From Bacteroides xylanisolvens (lineage in GTDB: Bacteria > Bacteroidota > Bacteroidia > Bacteroidales > Bacteroidaceae): a stretch of 64,000 nt of DNA. This document shows, in pieces, positions 38,578-52,694 of this stretch (its first letter is position 1; every line of letters starts with the position of its first letter). Both the position numbers and the translations under genes were made by a program. A model generated the notes under the pieces. It did not search any database. It was given only the letters and a program-made list of their open reading frames with translations, and was not told where the DNA came from. The stretch is from NCBI GenBank assembly GCA_046986985.1, contig JBKVKY010000012.1, positions 89,368 through 153,367 of the forward strand, given 5' to 3'.

Positions 38578-40851
38578 TTATCCGGCTTGTACTTTTTCGT
38601 TTTTTTGATCGACTAATTGGTATACATCCTCTTTTTCACCTACCACCCAAACAACATCACCTTCTTCGAGCGGAGCATTTACATCGGGAACCATCAACGT
38701 ACCGTCTTCACTCTCAACGCCCGCTATCATGCAATGATATTTGTCGCGAATACCCGATTCACGAATCGTTTTACCCAGAAAAACAGAATCACTGTCAATG
38801 ATAAATTGCTTCAAAGCCATTTCACTCTTTTCATAGACCTCCCAGTCTATCTTCGCTCCATTTTGCATCGCTTCATTAAAGACGTTCAATTGTTCATCTG
38901 TTCCTATCACCTGTATCTTATCCATAGGAAACAGTCGGACAGAACCACCCGGAATATTAATACGCCTCTTTCCACGAAGGATAGAAGCCACATGAACTCC
39001 AAACTTCTTTCCCAGATTCAGTTCCATCAATGTCTTTCCTGCCCAACAAGATTCACCCGGAATTTCCATATCAGCAAGATGTAAATCATGTGACAACAAA
39101 CGCCCGGCATATTCCGGTTTTTTCTCTCCCAAATACTCTGCACGTACATCTCTGGAACGAAGATTCTGAAAAAAGCGACGTTCAATCAGTATCGATTGCT
39201 TCTTCAGACGGCGAGACCATACCATCAGCAAAACGACAAGTACGGCCACGCCAATAATCAAGCCGATAGACGCCTTAAATAATCCGGAAATAACAAAGAT
39301 GACAAAAAGCACTGCTATCATAATGCGAATCACGATTGTTGATAACAATGGTGCACGATTAGCACGATTATCATGCCATAAAGTCATAAACTCGACTGAA
39401 TGATTTTTCTTCACCATGATGGCACGCAAGAAAGGGGCAATACACAGAATGATAAATACGGCTCCTAATAACGACGCCCAGAAATGAGGCAGATTCTCTT
39501 TAAAGAATGGCACGACAAAACGAAAAGAAAGTGCAACAATCGATATGCTGACAATTGAATAAACGACCGTAATACGTACCATTGCCAAGATTAGCTTCTT
39601 CCACAAATTCTCATGATTGAGTGCTGTTTGCGAACCGGAAGAGTAACGCATCATCATTTTTTTCCATGATTCCGGAAGATGTGCATCTACAAAAGTAGAA
39701 GCCGGCTCGGCTAAACGAATCATGTAAGGAGTTAGGAAAGTAGTAATGACAGAGACTGCTACTACTATCGGATACAGAAAATCACTCGTTACATGCAAGG
39801 AGACTCCCAAAGAGGCAATAATAAATGCAAATTCACCGATCTGCGTTAAACTAAAGCCGCATTGCATAGCCGTCTTTAATGGTTTTCCGGAAAGTATGAC
39901 ACCGAAAGTACCAAAAACAGACTGCCCCAAAATAACAGCCAAAGTGATTACTATAATAGGAACAGCATATTCTACAATCATTGCCGGATCTACCATCATA
40001 CCAACCGATACGAAAAAGATAGCTCCGAAAAGGTCCTTAACAGGCTTCACCAGCCGGTCTATGGATTCCGCTTCAATCGTTTCTGCCAAAATAGAGCCCA
40101 TAATAAATGCACCAAATGCAGCAGAGAAACCTGTATGAGCTGCCATCACTACCATACCAAAGCAAAGCGCCAACGACACAATAAGCAAAGTCTCCTCTCC
40201 CATCAATTTCCGGCAGCGCTTTAAGAATTCAGGAATCAGATAAATGCCGACAACAAACCACAGGATAAGGAAAAACAATAATTTGCCGATACTCTCCAAC
40301 ATTTCGGTCCCTTCAAAATTATGGCTGACCGCCATCGTGGAAAGCATCACCATTAATACAATGGCTAAAATATCTTCCAAAATCAAGATACTCAACACTA
40401 GTCCGGTAAACTGTTTCTTCCTTAATCCCAAATCGTCAAAAGCTTTATAAATAATAGTGGTAGACGACATCGCAATCATACCACCCAGAAACAGACTGTC
40501 CATCCGGTGCCAGCCAAAGCCCATACCGACTCCTATACCCAACAAAATCATACAAAAGATGATGGTACAAGCAGCTATGATGGCAGAACCACCCACCTTG
40601 ACAATCTTCTTAAAACTAAACTCCAAACCGAGAGCAAACAACAAGAAAATGACACCAATATCTGCCCATGTCTTAATATTGGCAGTATCCATCACTGAAG
40701 GAGTATACGGCATATGCGGACTTGCCAGGAATCCGGCAACTACATATCCCAAGACCAGAGGTTGCTTCAACTTCTTAAACAACAAAGTCATAACACCGGC
40801 ACAGATCAATATCAGTGCGAGGTCAGCTATAAGAGTAGGTAATTGAGACAT
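38578..40851 (-). CDS. CPA2 cation:proton antiporter with TrkA-C domains (paralog of 9131-11377)
   Basis: LFALGLEFSFKK, MSSTTII, QIGEFAFII; RCK-C repeats. Confidence 0.88.
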   Translation of the reverse strand: MSQLPTLIADLALILICAGVMTLLFKKLKQPLVLGYVVAGFLASPHMPYTPSVMDTANIKTWADIGVIFLLFALGLEFSFKKIVKVGGSAIIAACTIIFCMILLGIGVGMGFGWHRMDSLFLGGMIAMSSTTIIYKAFDDLGLRKKQFTGLVLSILILEDILAIVLMVMLSTMAVSHNFEGTEMLESIGKLLFFLILWFVVGIYLIPEFLKRCRKLMGEETLLIVSLALCFGMVVMAAHTGFSAAFGAFIMGSILAETIEAESIDRLVKPVKDLFGAIFFVSVGMMVDPAMIVEYAVPIIVITLAVILGQSVFGTFGVILSGKPLKTAMQCGFSLTQIGEFAFIIASLGVSLHVTSDFLYPIVVAVSVITTFLTPYMIRLAEPASTFVDAHLPESWKKMMMRYSSGSQTALNHENLWKKLILAMVRITVVYSIVSISIVALSFRFVVPFFKENLPHFWASLLGAVFIILCIAPFLRAIMVKKNHSVEFMTLWHDNRANRAPLLSTIVIRIMIAVLFVIFVISGLFKASIGLIIGVAVLVVLLMVWSRRLKKQSILIERRFFQNLRSRDVRAEYLGEKKPEYAGRLLSHDLHLADMEIPGESCWAGKTLMELNLGKKFGVHVASILRGKRRINIPGGSVRLFPMDKIQVIGTDEQLNVFNEAMQNGAKIDWEVYEKSEMALKQFIIDSDSVFLGKTIRESGIRDKYHCMIAGVESEDGTLMVPDVNAPLEEGDVVWVVGEKEDVYQLVDQKNEKVQAG

Positions 40852-40944
40852 TATTTCATCGTATTTGATGACAAAATTATATTATTTCTATGGGATAAAC
40901 AACATATCTACGGATATGTTTTGCAATAACGTCCTAAAATAAGT

Positions 40945-40979
40945 TAGCCCCGGATAGAGTCGATACTTATCCGGGGCTA
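40945..40979 (-). terminator. Hairpin after gcvT
   Basis: tagccccggata...tatccggggcta. Confidence 0.6.
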
Positions 40980-41001
40980 TACACAACAACCAGCTTATTT
41001 C

Positions 41002-42087
41002 TTATTTTCTAAAAGGAGGTTTCACTACCACTGCTTTTAACTTCCGACCACGCATATCAATACAGATTTCCGTGCCCACCTTACTATATTCCGGCTTTAC
41101 ATATCCCATACCGATACCAATCTTACGGGTAGGCGACATCGTACCGGAAGTAACCACTCCCACTTGCTCGCCTTCAGCATTTACCAGTTCATAGCCGTGG
41201 CGGGGAATCCCGCGGTCAACCATTTCAAAACCAACCAGTTTACGGGTAACACCTTCCGTTTTCTGTTTTTCCAGCAACGGACGGTTGATAAAATCCTTAC
41301 CTTCCACAAACTTAGTAATCCAGCCCAGTCCGGCTTCTATCGGAGAAGTAGTATCATCCAAGTCATTACCATACAGGCAGAAGCCCATTTCCAACCGAAG
41401 TGTATCACGAGCTCCCAAACCGATAGGTTTAATGCCATATTCCTCACCAGCTTCAAAAACGGCTTTCCATATACGATCAGCAGCAGACGGATAGAAATAA
41501 AGTTCGAACCCTCCCGCACCGGTATAACCCGTATTGGAGATTATCACATTCTCTTCGCCTGCAAACGTTCCAACTTTAAATGTATAATATGGAATAGAAG
41601 CAAGATCAATGTCTGTCAACTTTTGCAGAGCCAAAACAGCCTTCGGACCCTGTATAGCGAGTTGAGCTATGTTGTCCGAAGAGTTTTCCAACTCGGCCCC
41701 CTCCGTATTGTGAGAAACACACCAGTTCCAGTCTTTTTCCATATTGGCAGCGTTGACTACCAACATGTATTTTTCCGGCTCGTACTGATACACCAGCAAA
41801 TCATCTACAATACCTCCCTCTTCATTGGGAAAACAGGTATATTGTATTTTACCCGGAGCCAATGCCGCCACATTATTGGAAGTTATTTTCTGCAGAAAGG
41901 CTAATGCATGTGGACCTTTCACCCAAAATTCTCCCATGTGCGACACATCAAATACACCGACACTTTGACAAACAGTCAGATGTTCGTCAATGATACCAGA
42001 GTATTCAATAGGCATATTATAACCTGCAAACTCGTGCATTTTAGCACCGAGTATGATATGTTTCTCTGTAAACGGAGTGATTTTCAT
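41002..42087 (-). CDS. gcvT: Glycine cleavage system aminomethyltransferase T
   Basis: [25 protein letters not shown]. Confidence 0.96.
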   Translation of the reverse strand: MKITPFTEKHIILGAKMHEFAGYNMPIEYSGIIDEHLTVCQSVGVFDVSHMGEFWVKGPHALAFLQKITSNNVAALAPGKIQYTCFPNEEGGIVDDLLVYQYEPEKYMLVVNAANMEKDWNWCVSHNTEGAELENSSDNIAQLAIQGPKAVLALQKLTDIDLASIPYYTFKVGTFAGEENVIISNTGYTGAGGFELYFYPSAADRIWKAVFEAGEEYGIKPIGLGARDTLRLEMGFCLYGNDLDDTTSPIEAGLGWITKFVEGKDFINRPLLEKQKTEGVTRKLVGFEMVDRGIPRHGYELVNAEGEQVGVVTSGTMSPTRKIGIGMGYVKPEYSKVGTEICIDMRGRKLKAVVVKPPFRK

Positions 42088-42153
42088 TATTTTAAAGTAT
42101 TAAGTATTAATCAAGTATTAAGTTTTAAGTATTACCAGTGTTTACCACCTTTT

Positions 42154-43377
42154 TTATTTGGAAGCTACCAGTTCAGCTATTTTCACGATCACTTTCATCG
42201 CTTTTTCCATATTCTGGATAGGTACGAATTCGTAACGTCCGTGGAAATTCAGACCACCGGCAAAGATATTCGGACAAGGCAATCCTTTGAAAGAGAGCTG
42301 TGCACCATCCGTACCTCCACGAATCGGTTTTACGTTCGGTTTCACGCCAACGGCTTCCATAGCTGCAAAAGCAGTATCGATGATGTGCATTACCGGTTCT
42401 ATTTTCTCACGCATATTATAATACTGGTCGCGCAGTTCGAGTGTCGCAGTACCAGCTCCATATTCAGTGTTCATTTGAGCTACCAGACGTTCTATCTCTT
42501 TTTTGCGGTTCTCAAATTTTGCACGGTCATGGTCGCGGATGATATAAGACACAGTGCTTTGCTCCACATCCCCCTGAATACCGATCAAATGATAAAATCC
42601 TTCATAGCCGGTCGTATGTTCTGGTCTTTCCTGTGAGGGAAGCATCGTGATAAACTGATTGGCAAGATAGATAGAGTTAATCATCTTATCCTTGGCATAT
42701 CCCGGATGCACATTACGTCCTTTAAAGGTTATTTTTGCGGCAGCGGCATTAAAGTTCTCAAACTCCAACTCCCCTACTTCACCTCCATCCATCGTATATC
42801 CCCATTCGCAACCGAATTTCTCTACATCGAATTTATGAGCACCTTCACCGATTTCTTCGTCAGGATTGAAGCCGATACGGATTTTACCGTGTTTGATTTC
42901 AGGATGTTCCTTCAGATAAACCATCGCAGATACAATTTCCGCAATACCCGCTTTGTCGTCGGCACCGAGCAACGTTTTTCCGTTGGTTACAATCAAGTCT
43001 TCCCCCTTATGATCCAGCAATTCCGGGAATTGCGACGGAGAAAGAATCACATTCTCTTCAGCACAAAGCACAATATCCGAGCCATCATATTTTTCCACAA
43101 TCCGCGGAGTGACATCTTTACCTGTCATATCAGGACTTGTATCCATGTGGGCAATAAATCCGATAGTGGGTACTTCTTTATCTATATTGGCAGGAAGTGT
43201 AGCAAAAAGATAGCCATGCTCATCCAAAGTAATATCTTCCAATCCCAAAGATTCCAACTCTTTTTTCAAGTATTCAGCAAAAATCATCTGCTTCGGAGTA
43301 CTTGGAGTAAGCCCAGTCGATTCATCAGATTGTGTATCGAAGCTTACATACTTTAAAAATCTGTCTACTAAAGTCAT
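42154..43377 (-). CDS. pepT: Peptidase T
   Basis: [26 protein letters not shown]. Confidence 0.96.
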   Translation of the reverse strand: MTLVDRFLKYVSFDTQSDESTGLTPSTPKQMIFAEYLKKELESLGLEDITLDEHGYLFATLPANIDKEVPTIGFIAHMDTSPDMTGKDVTPRIVEKYDGSDIVLCAEENVILSPSQFPELLDHKGEDLIVTNGKTLLGADDKAGIAEIVSAMVYLKEHPEIKHGKIRIGFNPDEEIGEGAHKFDVEKFGCEWGYTMDGGEVGELEFENFNAAAAKITFKGRNVHPGYAKDKMINSIYLANQFITMLPSQERPEHTTGYEGFYHLIGIQGDVEQSTVSYIIRDHDRAKFENRKKEIERLVAQMNTEYGAGTATLELRDQYYNMREKIEPVMHIIDTAFAAMEAVGVKPNVKPIRGGTDGAQLSFKGLPCPNIFAGGLNFHGRYEFVPIQNMEKAMKVIVKIAELVASK

Positions 43378-43438
43378 TTCTATTTACGATTTAACGATTT
43401 ACAATTTACAATTTGATAGTTTATAGTGCCGTAAAGGT

Positions 43439-43482
43439 AAAAAAAGAGCCGTGAATTACAAAGCAATTCACGGCTCTTTTTT
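43439..43482 (-). terminator. Intrinsic terminator after the purF-like gene
   Basis: aaaaaagagccgtgaatt...aattcacggctctttttt. Confidence 0.75.
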
Positions 43483-43527
43483 ATTGTATACTTTTATCCG
43501 GATATTTAAATATCCTATTTTACTGCT

Positions 43528-44937
43528 TTAAAAGTGGCTGCTACCATCAAAGCAATGTGTACATACTTTGCATTTAGGTAAGCCGATAGCCTCAATCAAC
43601 GTTTCCAGCGTGTTAAACTTCAATGAACTTAGTCCGAAACGCTCGGCAATAATGCTAACCATCTTTTCGTATTCCGGAGAACCGGTAGTGGCATATTTCT
43701 CCAAATTCTTATTTTCATCACCTTCCAGTTCCTTGATAATGCGACGGGTTATCAACTCCAATGCATTTTTGGAAGCCGAGAAACCGACAAACGGACAAGC
43801 GTAAATCAATGGCGGACAAGCGATACGCATGTGTACCTCTTTTGCTCCATAATCATACAGAATCTTCACATTATCACGCAGTTGAGTTCCCCGTACAATA
43901 GAATCGTCACAGAACAACAAACGTTTATTTTGCAACATCGCACGGTTAGGAATCAGCTTCATCTTGGCTACCAGCGAACGCATCTCCTGATTGCTGGGAG
44001 TAAAGCTACGCGGCCACGTCGGTGTATATTTCGAGATAGCACGATGATAGGGAACTCCCTTTCCTTCGGCATATCCTAAAGCCATACCCACTCCCGAATC
44101 AGGAATACCGCAGGCGCAGTCCACTTCCGATTCATCCGTCTGCCCCATTTTCAATCCGCTGGTGAAACGCACTTCTTCCACATTCTTTCCTTCATAGCAA
44201 GAAGTCGGGAAACCATAGTACACCCACAGGAACGAGCAAATTTGCATATCCTCATTGGGTTTGCGAAGCTGGTCGATGTGATCGTCATACATACGGACAA
44301 TCTCGCCGGGACCTAAATATCTCTCAATCTCATAATCCAGATTCGGGAAACTGGACGATTCGCTCGTTGCAGCATAAGCACCGTCTTTCTTTCCAATCAC
44401 TACCGGAGTACGTCCCCATCGGTCACGGGCAGCGATGATGCTACCATCTTCCGTCAGGAGCAGCATAGAGCAAGAACCTTTAATGTGATTAAACACATTT
44501 TCGATACCTTCAGCAAAGGTTCTACCTTGTATAATAAGTAATGCGATAAGTTCCGTCTGGTTGGTGTTGCTCGAACTAAGTTCGGCGAAGTGCATGTTTT
44601 GATTGAGAAGTTCTTCTTCCAATTCCTGGATATTGGCTATTTTAGCGACTGTGACAATGGCGAAACGCCCGAGATGAGAATTGATGATGATAGGCTGTGC
44701 GTCTGTGTCGCTAATGATGCCGATGCCGGCGTTTCCTTTAAATTTGTCTAGTTCTCCTTCAAATTTGGTTCGGAAATAAGTACTTTCCAAATTGTGAATG
44801 GAGCGGATAAACCCTTTTTCCTCACTGTATGTTGCGAGTCCTCCTCGCTTGGTACCCAGATGTGAGTTATAATCTGTGCCATAGAATAAATCAGTCACGC
44901 AACTAGTTTTCGAGACTGTTCCGAAAAAACCTCCCAT
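43528..44937 (-). CDS. purF: Amidophosphoribosyltransferase-like protein lacking the N-terminal catalytic Cys
   Basis: PRPP motif FCDDSIVRGT, IPDSG, KEVHMRIACPP, Fe-S-type cysteines; N-terminus MGGFFG. Confidence 0.8.
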   Translation of the reverse strand: MGGFFGTVSKTSCVTDLFYGTDYNSHLGTKRGGLATYSEEKGFIRSIHNLESTYFRTKFEGELDKFKGNAGIGIISDTDAQPIIINSHLGRFAIVTVAKIANIQELEEELLNQNMHFAELSSSNTNQTELIALLIIQGRTFAEGIENVFNHIKGSCSMLLLTEDGSIIAARDRWGRTPVVIGKKDGAYAATSESSSFPNLDYEIERYLGPGEIVRMYDDHIDQLRKPNEDMQICSFLWVYYGFPTSCYEGKNVEEVRFTSGLKMGQTDESEVDCACGIPDSGVGMALGYAEGKGVPYHRAISKYTPTWPRSFTPSNQEMRSLVAKMKLIPNRAMLQNKRLLFCDDSIVRGTQLRDNVKILYDYGAKEVHMRIACPPLIYACPFVGFSASKNALELITRRIIKELEGDENKNLEKYATTGSPEYEKMVSIIAERFGLSSLKFNTLETLIEAIGLPKCKVCTHCFDGSSHF

Positions 44938-45101
44938 GTTGTTCTCTTTATTGATGATGTTTTAAAAAAGATGGCGCAAAAGTACAAAAAAGAATCCGTC
45001 CTATAAAAAAAGTACTCCGCAAAGTTTTAGTTTTCTTTGCGAAGCACAACTAATATTTATTAAAAAACGAGGAATCCGTAAACAATCTTTTTACCTAAAT
45101 C

Positions 45102-47273
<2,172 letters not shown>

Positions 47274-47612
47274 TTAGTTAATAATCGTATGGCAAAGATA
47301 GACCGGAAACACAAGAGGTGTTTTTCTTTATAAAGAAAATATAGAGGGATACAGAACAAAAAACAGAATAAGTATTTAAGAATAAAGCAGATAACATATT
47401 TTGAGACTAGAAAAAATATAGTGTCTATGGTGAATAAATTAAAAGGATTAAATATGAATATTGCATAATCTTCCTATATTTGCAAATTATTATCTCAATC
47501 ACAATAAACATTTTATTATTCATATGGCACAACGCCTTAATTTATCCCGGAGGTTTCGAGCAACTCGAAAAGGATTTTGAAGTCGCCTAAATAATATCAA
47601 TCTTTCAATCAA

Positions 47613-47987
47613 ATGAGCAAAGAAGTTATCTATATCTTTATCGGCGGAGGCACGGGTAGTGCATTGCGTTATTTCATTCAGTTGTTAATGCACGAACGAA
47701 TCGTCCCCTACCATTTTCCATGGGCCACTTTCACCGTCAATCTCCTCGGTAGTTTTCTTATCGGCCTATTTTATGCCCTTTCAGAACGGTTTCACCTTCC
47801 GTTCGAGGTGCGCCTATTTCTGACGACCGGTTTATGCGGAGGATTTACTACGTTCTCTACTTTCTCCAGTGACGGCGTAGGTCTACTGAAAGGAGAATTT
47901 TACGGAGTATTTATTCTATATACATTAATAAGTATAGGTATAGGATTGGCCGCTGTGGTAGCCGGCGGATATGTGGGAAAGGCATGA
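47613..47987 (+). CDS. crcB: Fluoride efflux channel CrcB/Fluc
   Basis: GGGTGSALRY, TFTVN, TGLCGGFTTFSTF. Confidence 0.93.
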   Translation: MSKEVIYIFIGGGTGSALRYFIQLLMHERIVPYHFPWATFTVNLLGSFLIGLFYALSERFHLPFEVRLFLTTGLCGGFTTFSTFSSDGVGLLKGEFYGVFILYTLISIGIGLAAVVAGGYVGKA

Positions 47988-48646
47988 TGAAAAGAAGCCC
48001 AATCAAACCCGTCCGCGTTGTTCCTCCCATGATGGAAGAGCAGGAAGTCAGTACTACTACCCTACAGGAATGGCTCGACAGAGAAGAAACCGTCTCTCAT
48101 CTTTTATTCTGTAAAGGAAAAGAAGAAGGTATCGACAAATCTTATAAAAGTTTCAAGAATTGTACTTTCCAAAATCAGACATTCAGCGAATGTAAATTCC
48201 GTTCTTCCCAACTGACCGATGTCAGGTTCGAGAACTGTGATTTATCCAACATCTCTTTTGCTGAAAGTTCGCTTTACCGGGTAGAATTCATTTCCTGCAA
48301 ACTATTGGGTACCAATTTATCTGAAACAACGATGAATCATGTCTTGCTGCACGACTGCAATGCCGGTTACATCAATCTCGCCATGAGTAAAATGAATCAG
48401 GTACGTTTTGCACACAGCCAGCTCCGCAACGGAACTCTGAACGACTGCCGTTTTTCATCTGTCGCTTTTGACGGTTGCGACCTTGTAGAAGCCGATTTCT
48501 CACATGCTTCGCTCCGCGGAATAGATTTGCGCACTTCCCGCATCAGCGGAATCACACTCAACATCAGTGATCTGAAAGGGGCTGTCATCACCTCCTTGCA
48601 GGCTATGGATTTGCTTCCACTGTTAGGGGTTATTATCGAAGATTAA
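47984..48646 (+). CDS. Pentapeptide repeat protein
   Basis: Tandem A(D/N)LXX-type repeats (CDLSN, ADFSH, ASLRG, IDLRT); ATGA overlap with crcB. Confidence 0.88.
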   Translation: MMKRSPIKPVRVVPPMMEEQEVSTTTLQEWLDREETVSHLLFCKGKEEGIDKSYKSFKNCTFQNQTFSECKFRSSQLTDVRFENCDLSNISFAESSLYRVEFISCKLLGTNLSETTMNHVLLHDCNAGYINLAMSKMNQVRFAHSQLRNGTLNDCRFSSVAFDGCDLVEADFSHASLRGIDLRTSRISGITLNISDLKGAVITSLQAMDLLPLLGVIIED

Positions 48647-48729
48647 AATCCTGCAAATTCACCCCGCCACACTCAAACAAAAAACATCGTCCCGTTGTTA
48701 TAATATAAGGTCGGACTAACGACATATAG

Positions 48730-50106
<1,377 letters not shown>

Positions 50107-50124
50107 ATCTCTATGCTAGATTAT

Positions 50125-50162
50125 AAAAAAAGCATTCAAGTAAACTACCTGAATGCTTTTTT
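50125..50162. terminator. Bidirectional terminator between eno and tRNA-Thr
   Basis: aaaaaagcattca...tgaatgctttttt. Confidence 0.72.
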
Positions 50163-50169
50163 CTTTTTG

Positions 50170-50243
50170 AGCCTCTTGTCGGATTCGAACCAACGACCCC
50201 GAGATTACAAATCACGTGCTCTGGCCAACTGAGCTAAAGAGGC
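50170..50243 (-). tRNA. tRNA-Thr (anticodon TGT)
   Basis: Minus strand GCCTCTTTAGCTCAGTTGG...CGTGA-TT-TGT-AA-TCTCG...GGTTCGAATCC...AAGAGGCT; cloverleaf stems pair. Confidence 0.95.
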
Positions 50244-50247
50244 GGGT

Positions 50248-50343
50248 GGGTAAGCTTACTATATCGCACCGCTACAACCAACTACCTTTGCTGCGATCAA
50301 GCCCTGGAGGATTCGAAGGGAGCTGGCCGTATAGGACTTACCC
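50248..50343 (-). ncRNA. ffs: Small SRP RNA (4.5S)
   Basis: About 96-nt hairpin closed by GGGTAAG/CTTACCC with central CCAGG...AGCA domain-IV motif; -7 box TACCTTTG at 50356-50363. Confidence 0.7.
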
Positions 50344-50550
50344 GTTTTGCGGTTGCAAAGGTAGACATTTTTATGTATTCTGCAATAGCTGCAGATAACT
50401 TTTTTACGAATAAAATACTAACAAGCTACGTTTCAAGCAATTAAAATTGCAAAAAATATTCGTGCAGCAACTTCCCCTGCTTTATTAACTTTAACAACCA
50501 GATTTCCCCTACCAACCGATATTATTTGTACCTTTGTGCGCAATTTATAA

Positions 50551-51108
50551 ATGAAGATGACAGAGAACAGAAGCTATTTACAAAAATATGCCATGCATTT
50601 TGGCACGTACATGGGAATCTACTGGATATTGAAGTTCATATTATTTCCGCTGGGATTCCACATACCTTTCCTTTCGCTTTTATTTGTAATCCTGACATTA
50701 TCCGTACCTTTCATCGGATATCACTACGCGAAAATGTACCGGGATAAGATTTGCGGGGGGAGTATCCAATTTTCGCATGCCATGCTCTTCACTATATTTA
50801 TGTATATGTTTGCTTCCCTATTGGTAGCTGTGGCCCACTACGCCTATTTCCAGTTCATCGATCACGGTTTTATCGTCAACTCTTACATCCAGCTATGGGA
50901 CGAGTTGATGACCAACACCCCGGCTTTGATAGAAAACAAAGAAGTTATAAAAGAAACGATAGATACCGCCCGTTCACTTACTTCTATCAATATCACCATG
51001 CAGTTATTGTCATGGGATGTATTCTGGGGAAGTATCCTGGCCATCCCTACCGCATTGATGGTAATGAAAAAGGCCAAACCGGAAAATGACGGACCCGTTC
51101 AATCATAA
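50551..51108 (+). CDS. DUF4199-like membrane protein
   Basis: Four TM segments, KYAMHFG, YRD..CGGSI.F. Confidence 0.72.
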   Translation: MKMTENRSYLQKYAMHFGTYMGIYWILKFILFPLGFHIPFLSLLFVILTLSVPFIGYHYAKMYRDKICGGSIQFSHAMLFTIFMYMFASLLVAVAHYAYFQFIDHGFIVNSYIQLWDELMTNTPALIENKEVIKETIDTARSLTSINITMQLLSWDVFWGSILAIPTALMVMKKAKPENDGPVQS

Positions 51109-51137
51109 TTTATAAATCATAAATCATAATTCGTACA

Positions 51138-52088
51138 ATGGATATATCAGTTGTAGTCCCATTATTCAATGAAGAAGAGTCACTACCCGAACTCTATGCT
51201 TGGATAGAACGGGTAATGCAAGCCAACGGATTCTCATTCGAAGTGATTTTCGTTAATGACGGAAGTACCGACCATTCATGGGAAGTGATCGAAAAGCTGA
51301 AAGCTCAATCGGAACATGTAAAAGGTATCAAATTTCGCCGTAACTATGGTAAATCACCTGCACTCTACTGTGGATTCGCAGAAGCGGAAGGAAACGTAGT
51401 CATAACGATGGATGCTGACCTACAAGATAGCCCGGATGAAATTCCCGAACTCTATCGGATGATTACCGAGGACGGTTACGACCTGGTTTCCGGCTGGAAA
51501 CAAAAGAGATATGATCCTATTTCGAAGACCCTGCCGACCAAGTTGTTTAATGCGACCGCCCGCAAAGTGTCGGGCATCAAAAACCTGCACGACTTCAACT
51601 GCGGCTTAAAAGCATATCGAAAAGAGGTAGTAAAGCATATCGAAGTCTATGGCGAGATGCACCGTTATATCCCTTACCTGGCAAAGAACGCCGGATTCAA
51701 GAAAATCGGTGAAAAGGTGGTACACCACCAGGCACGCAAATACGGCACAACGAAATTCGGACTAAACCGTTTCGTGAACGGATATCTGGATTTACTTTCT
51801 CTTTGGTTTCTTTCCCGATTCGGTATCAAACCGATGCATTTCTTCGGACTGCTGGGATCATTGATGTTTCTCGTCGGAATGATTTCTGTCATCATTGTAG
51901 GTGCCAGTAAACTATATGCTATGTCCAACGGTCTCCCCTATCGACTGGTGACCGACTCTCCCTATTTTTATTTGTCACTGACGGCAATGATTATAGGTAC
52001 ACAATTATTCTTAGCCGGATTCCTTGGCGAATTAATCTCCCGCAATGCACCGGAACGGAATAACTATCAGATAGAAAAGAAAATTTGA
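51138..52088 (+). CDS. Glycosyltransferase family 2 (polyprenol-phosphate glycosyltransferase-like)
   Basis: ISVVVPLFNEEES, VNDGSTD, MDADLQD; two C-terminal TM helices. Confidence 0.92.
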   Translation: MDISVVVPLFNEEESLPELYAWIERVMQANGFSFEVIFVNDGSTDHSWEVIEKLKAQSEHVKGIKFRRNYGKSPALYCGFAEAEGNVVITMDADLQDSPDEIPELYRMITEDGYDLVSGWKQKRYDPISKTLPTKLFNATARKVSGIKNLHDFNCGLKAYRKEVVKHIEVYGEMHRYIPYLAKNAGFKKIGEKVVHHQARKYGTTKFGLNRFVNGYLDLLSLWFLSRFGIKPMHFFGLLGSLMFLVGMISVIIVGASKLYAMSNGLPYRLVTDSPYFYLSLTAMIIGTQLFLAGFLGELISRNAPERNNYQIEKKI

Positions 52089-52109
52089 TTCACATTCAAT
52101 AAGCTGACT

Positions 52110-52694
52110 ATGAAGAATTTAATTCGTATCTTTCTCCTATTGATAATCGTTGGCGGTGCTGTCAGCATTCAGACCTCGTGCTCGGACGAGAACGATTGCT
52201 CATTAGCAGGACGTCCGATGATGTATTGCACGATATATACCATCGATCCGGACAACCCTAATATTGCACTAAAAGACACGCTCGATTCGTTGACAATCAC
52301 CGCATTAGGCACTGACTCTATCATTCTGAACAATGAAAAGAATGTGCATACGTTAATGCTTCCACTACGATATACAAGTGACTCTACTGTATTCATATTC
52401 AGATATGATCCAAAGCGTAAAAAAGATGATGTTGACACATTATACATTGTACAACAGAATACGCCTTATTTCCAATCCATGGAATGTGGATATATGATGA
52501 AACAAAACATCATCAGTGCCAAATTTGGCAAACCCGGAAGACCCGGTCTTCCTCCTCCGTATGGCAATGGACAACCGGACCAAATAGATTCTCTTCATAT
52601 ACAAAATAAAGAAGCCAATACAAATGAAATCCAGAACTTGCAGATATTCTATAATTATCGGCCAGAACGCACACCTGATGAAACGACTAATTAG
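52110..52694 (+). CDS. DUF6452-like lipoprotein
   Basis: Lipobox QTSC; LPLRY, YFQSMECG. Confidence 0.65.
   Translation: MKNLIRIFLLLIIVGGAVSIQTSCSDENDCSLAGRPMMYCTIYTIDPDNPNIALKDTLDSLTITALGTDSIILNNEKNVHTLMLPLRYTSDSTVFIFRYDPKRKKDDVDTLYIVQQNTPYFQSMECGYMMKQNIISAKFGKPGRPGLPPPYGNGQPDQIDSLHIQNKEANTNEIQNLQIFYNYRPERTPDETTN

Noticed and set aside
47460..47612. Fluoride riboswitch upstream of crcB
   Set aside because: Only a short hairpin (tttcgag-caa-ctcgaaa) is present; the conserved riboswitch core was not recognised.
50170..50243. tRNA-Thr as an integration site for the downstream island
   Set aside because: No duplicated tRNA 3' end and no integrase in the window; the flanking genes are housekeeping.
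50216..50398. 60-aa ORF overlapping the tRNA and SRP RNA
   Set aside because: It is antisense to structural RNA genes and most likely spurious.
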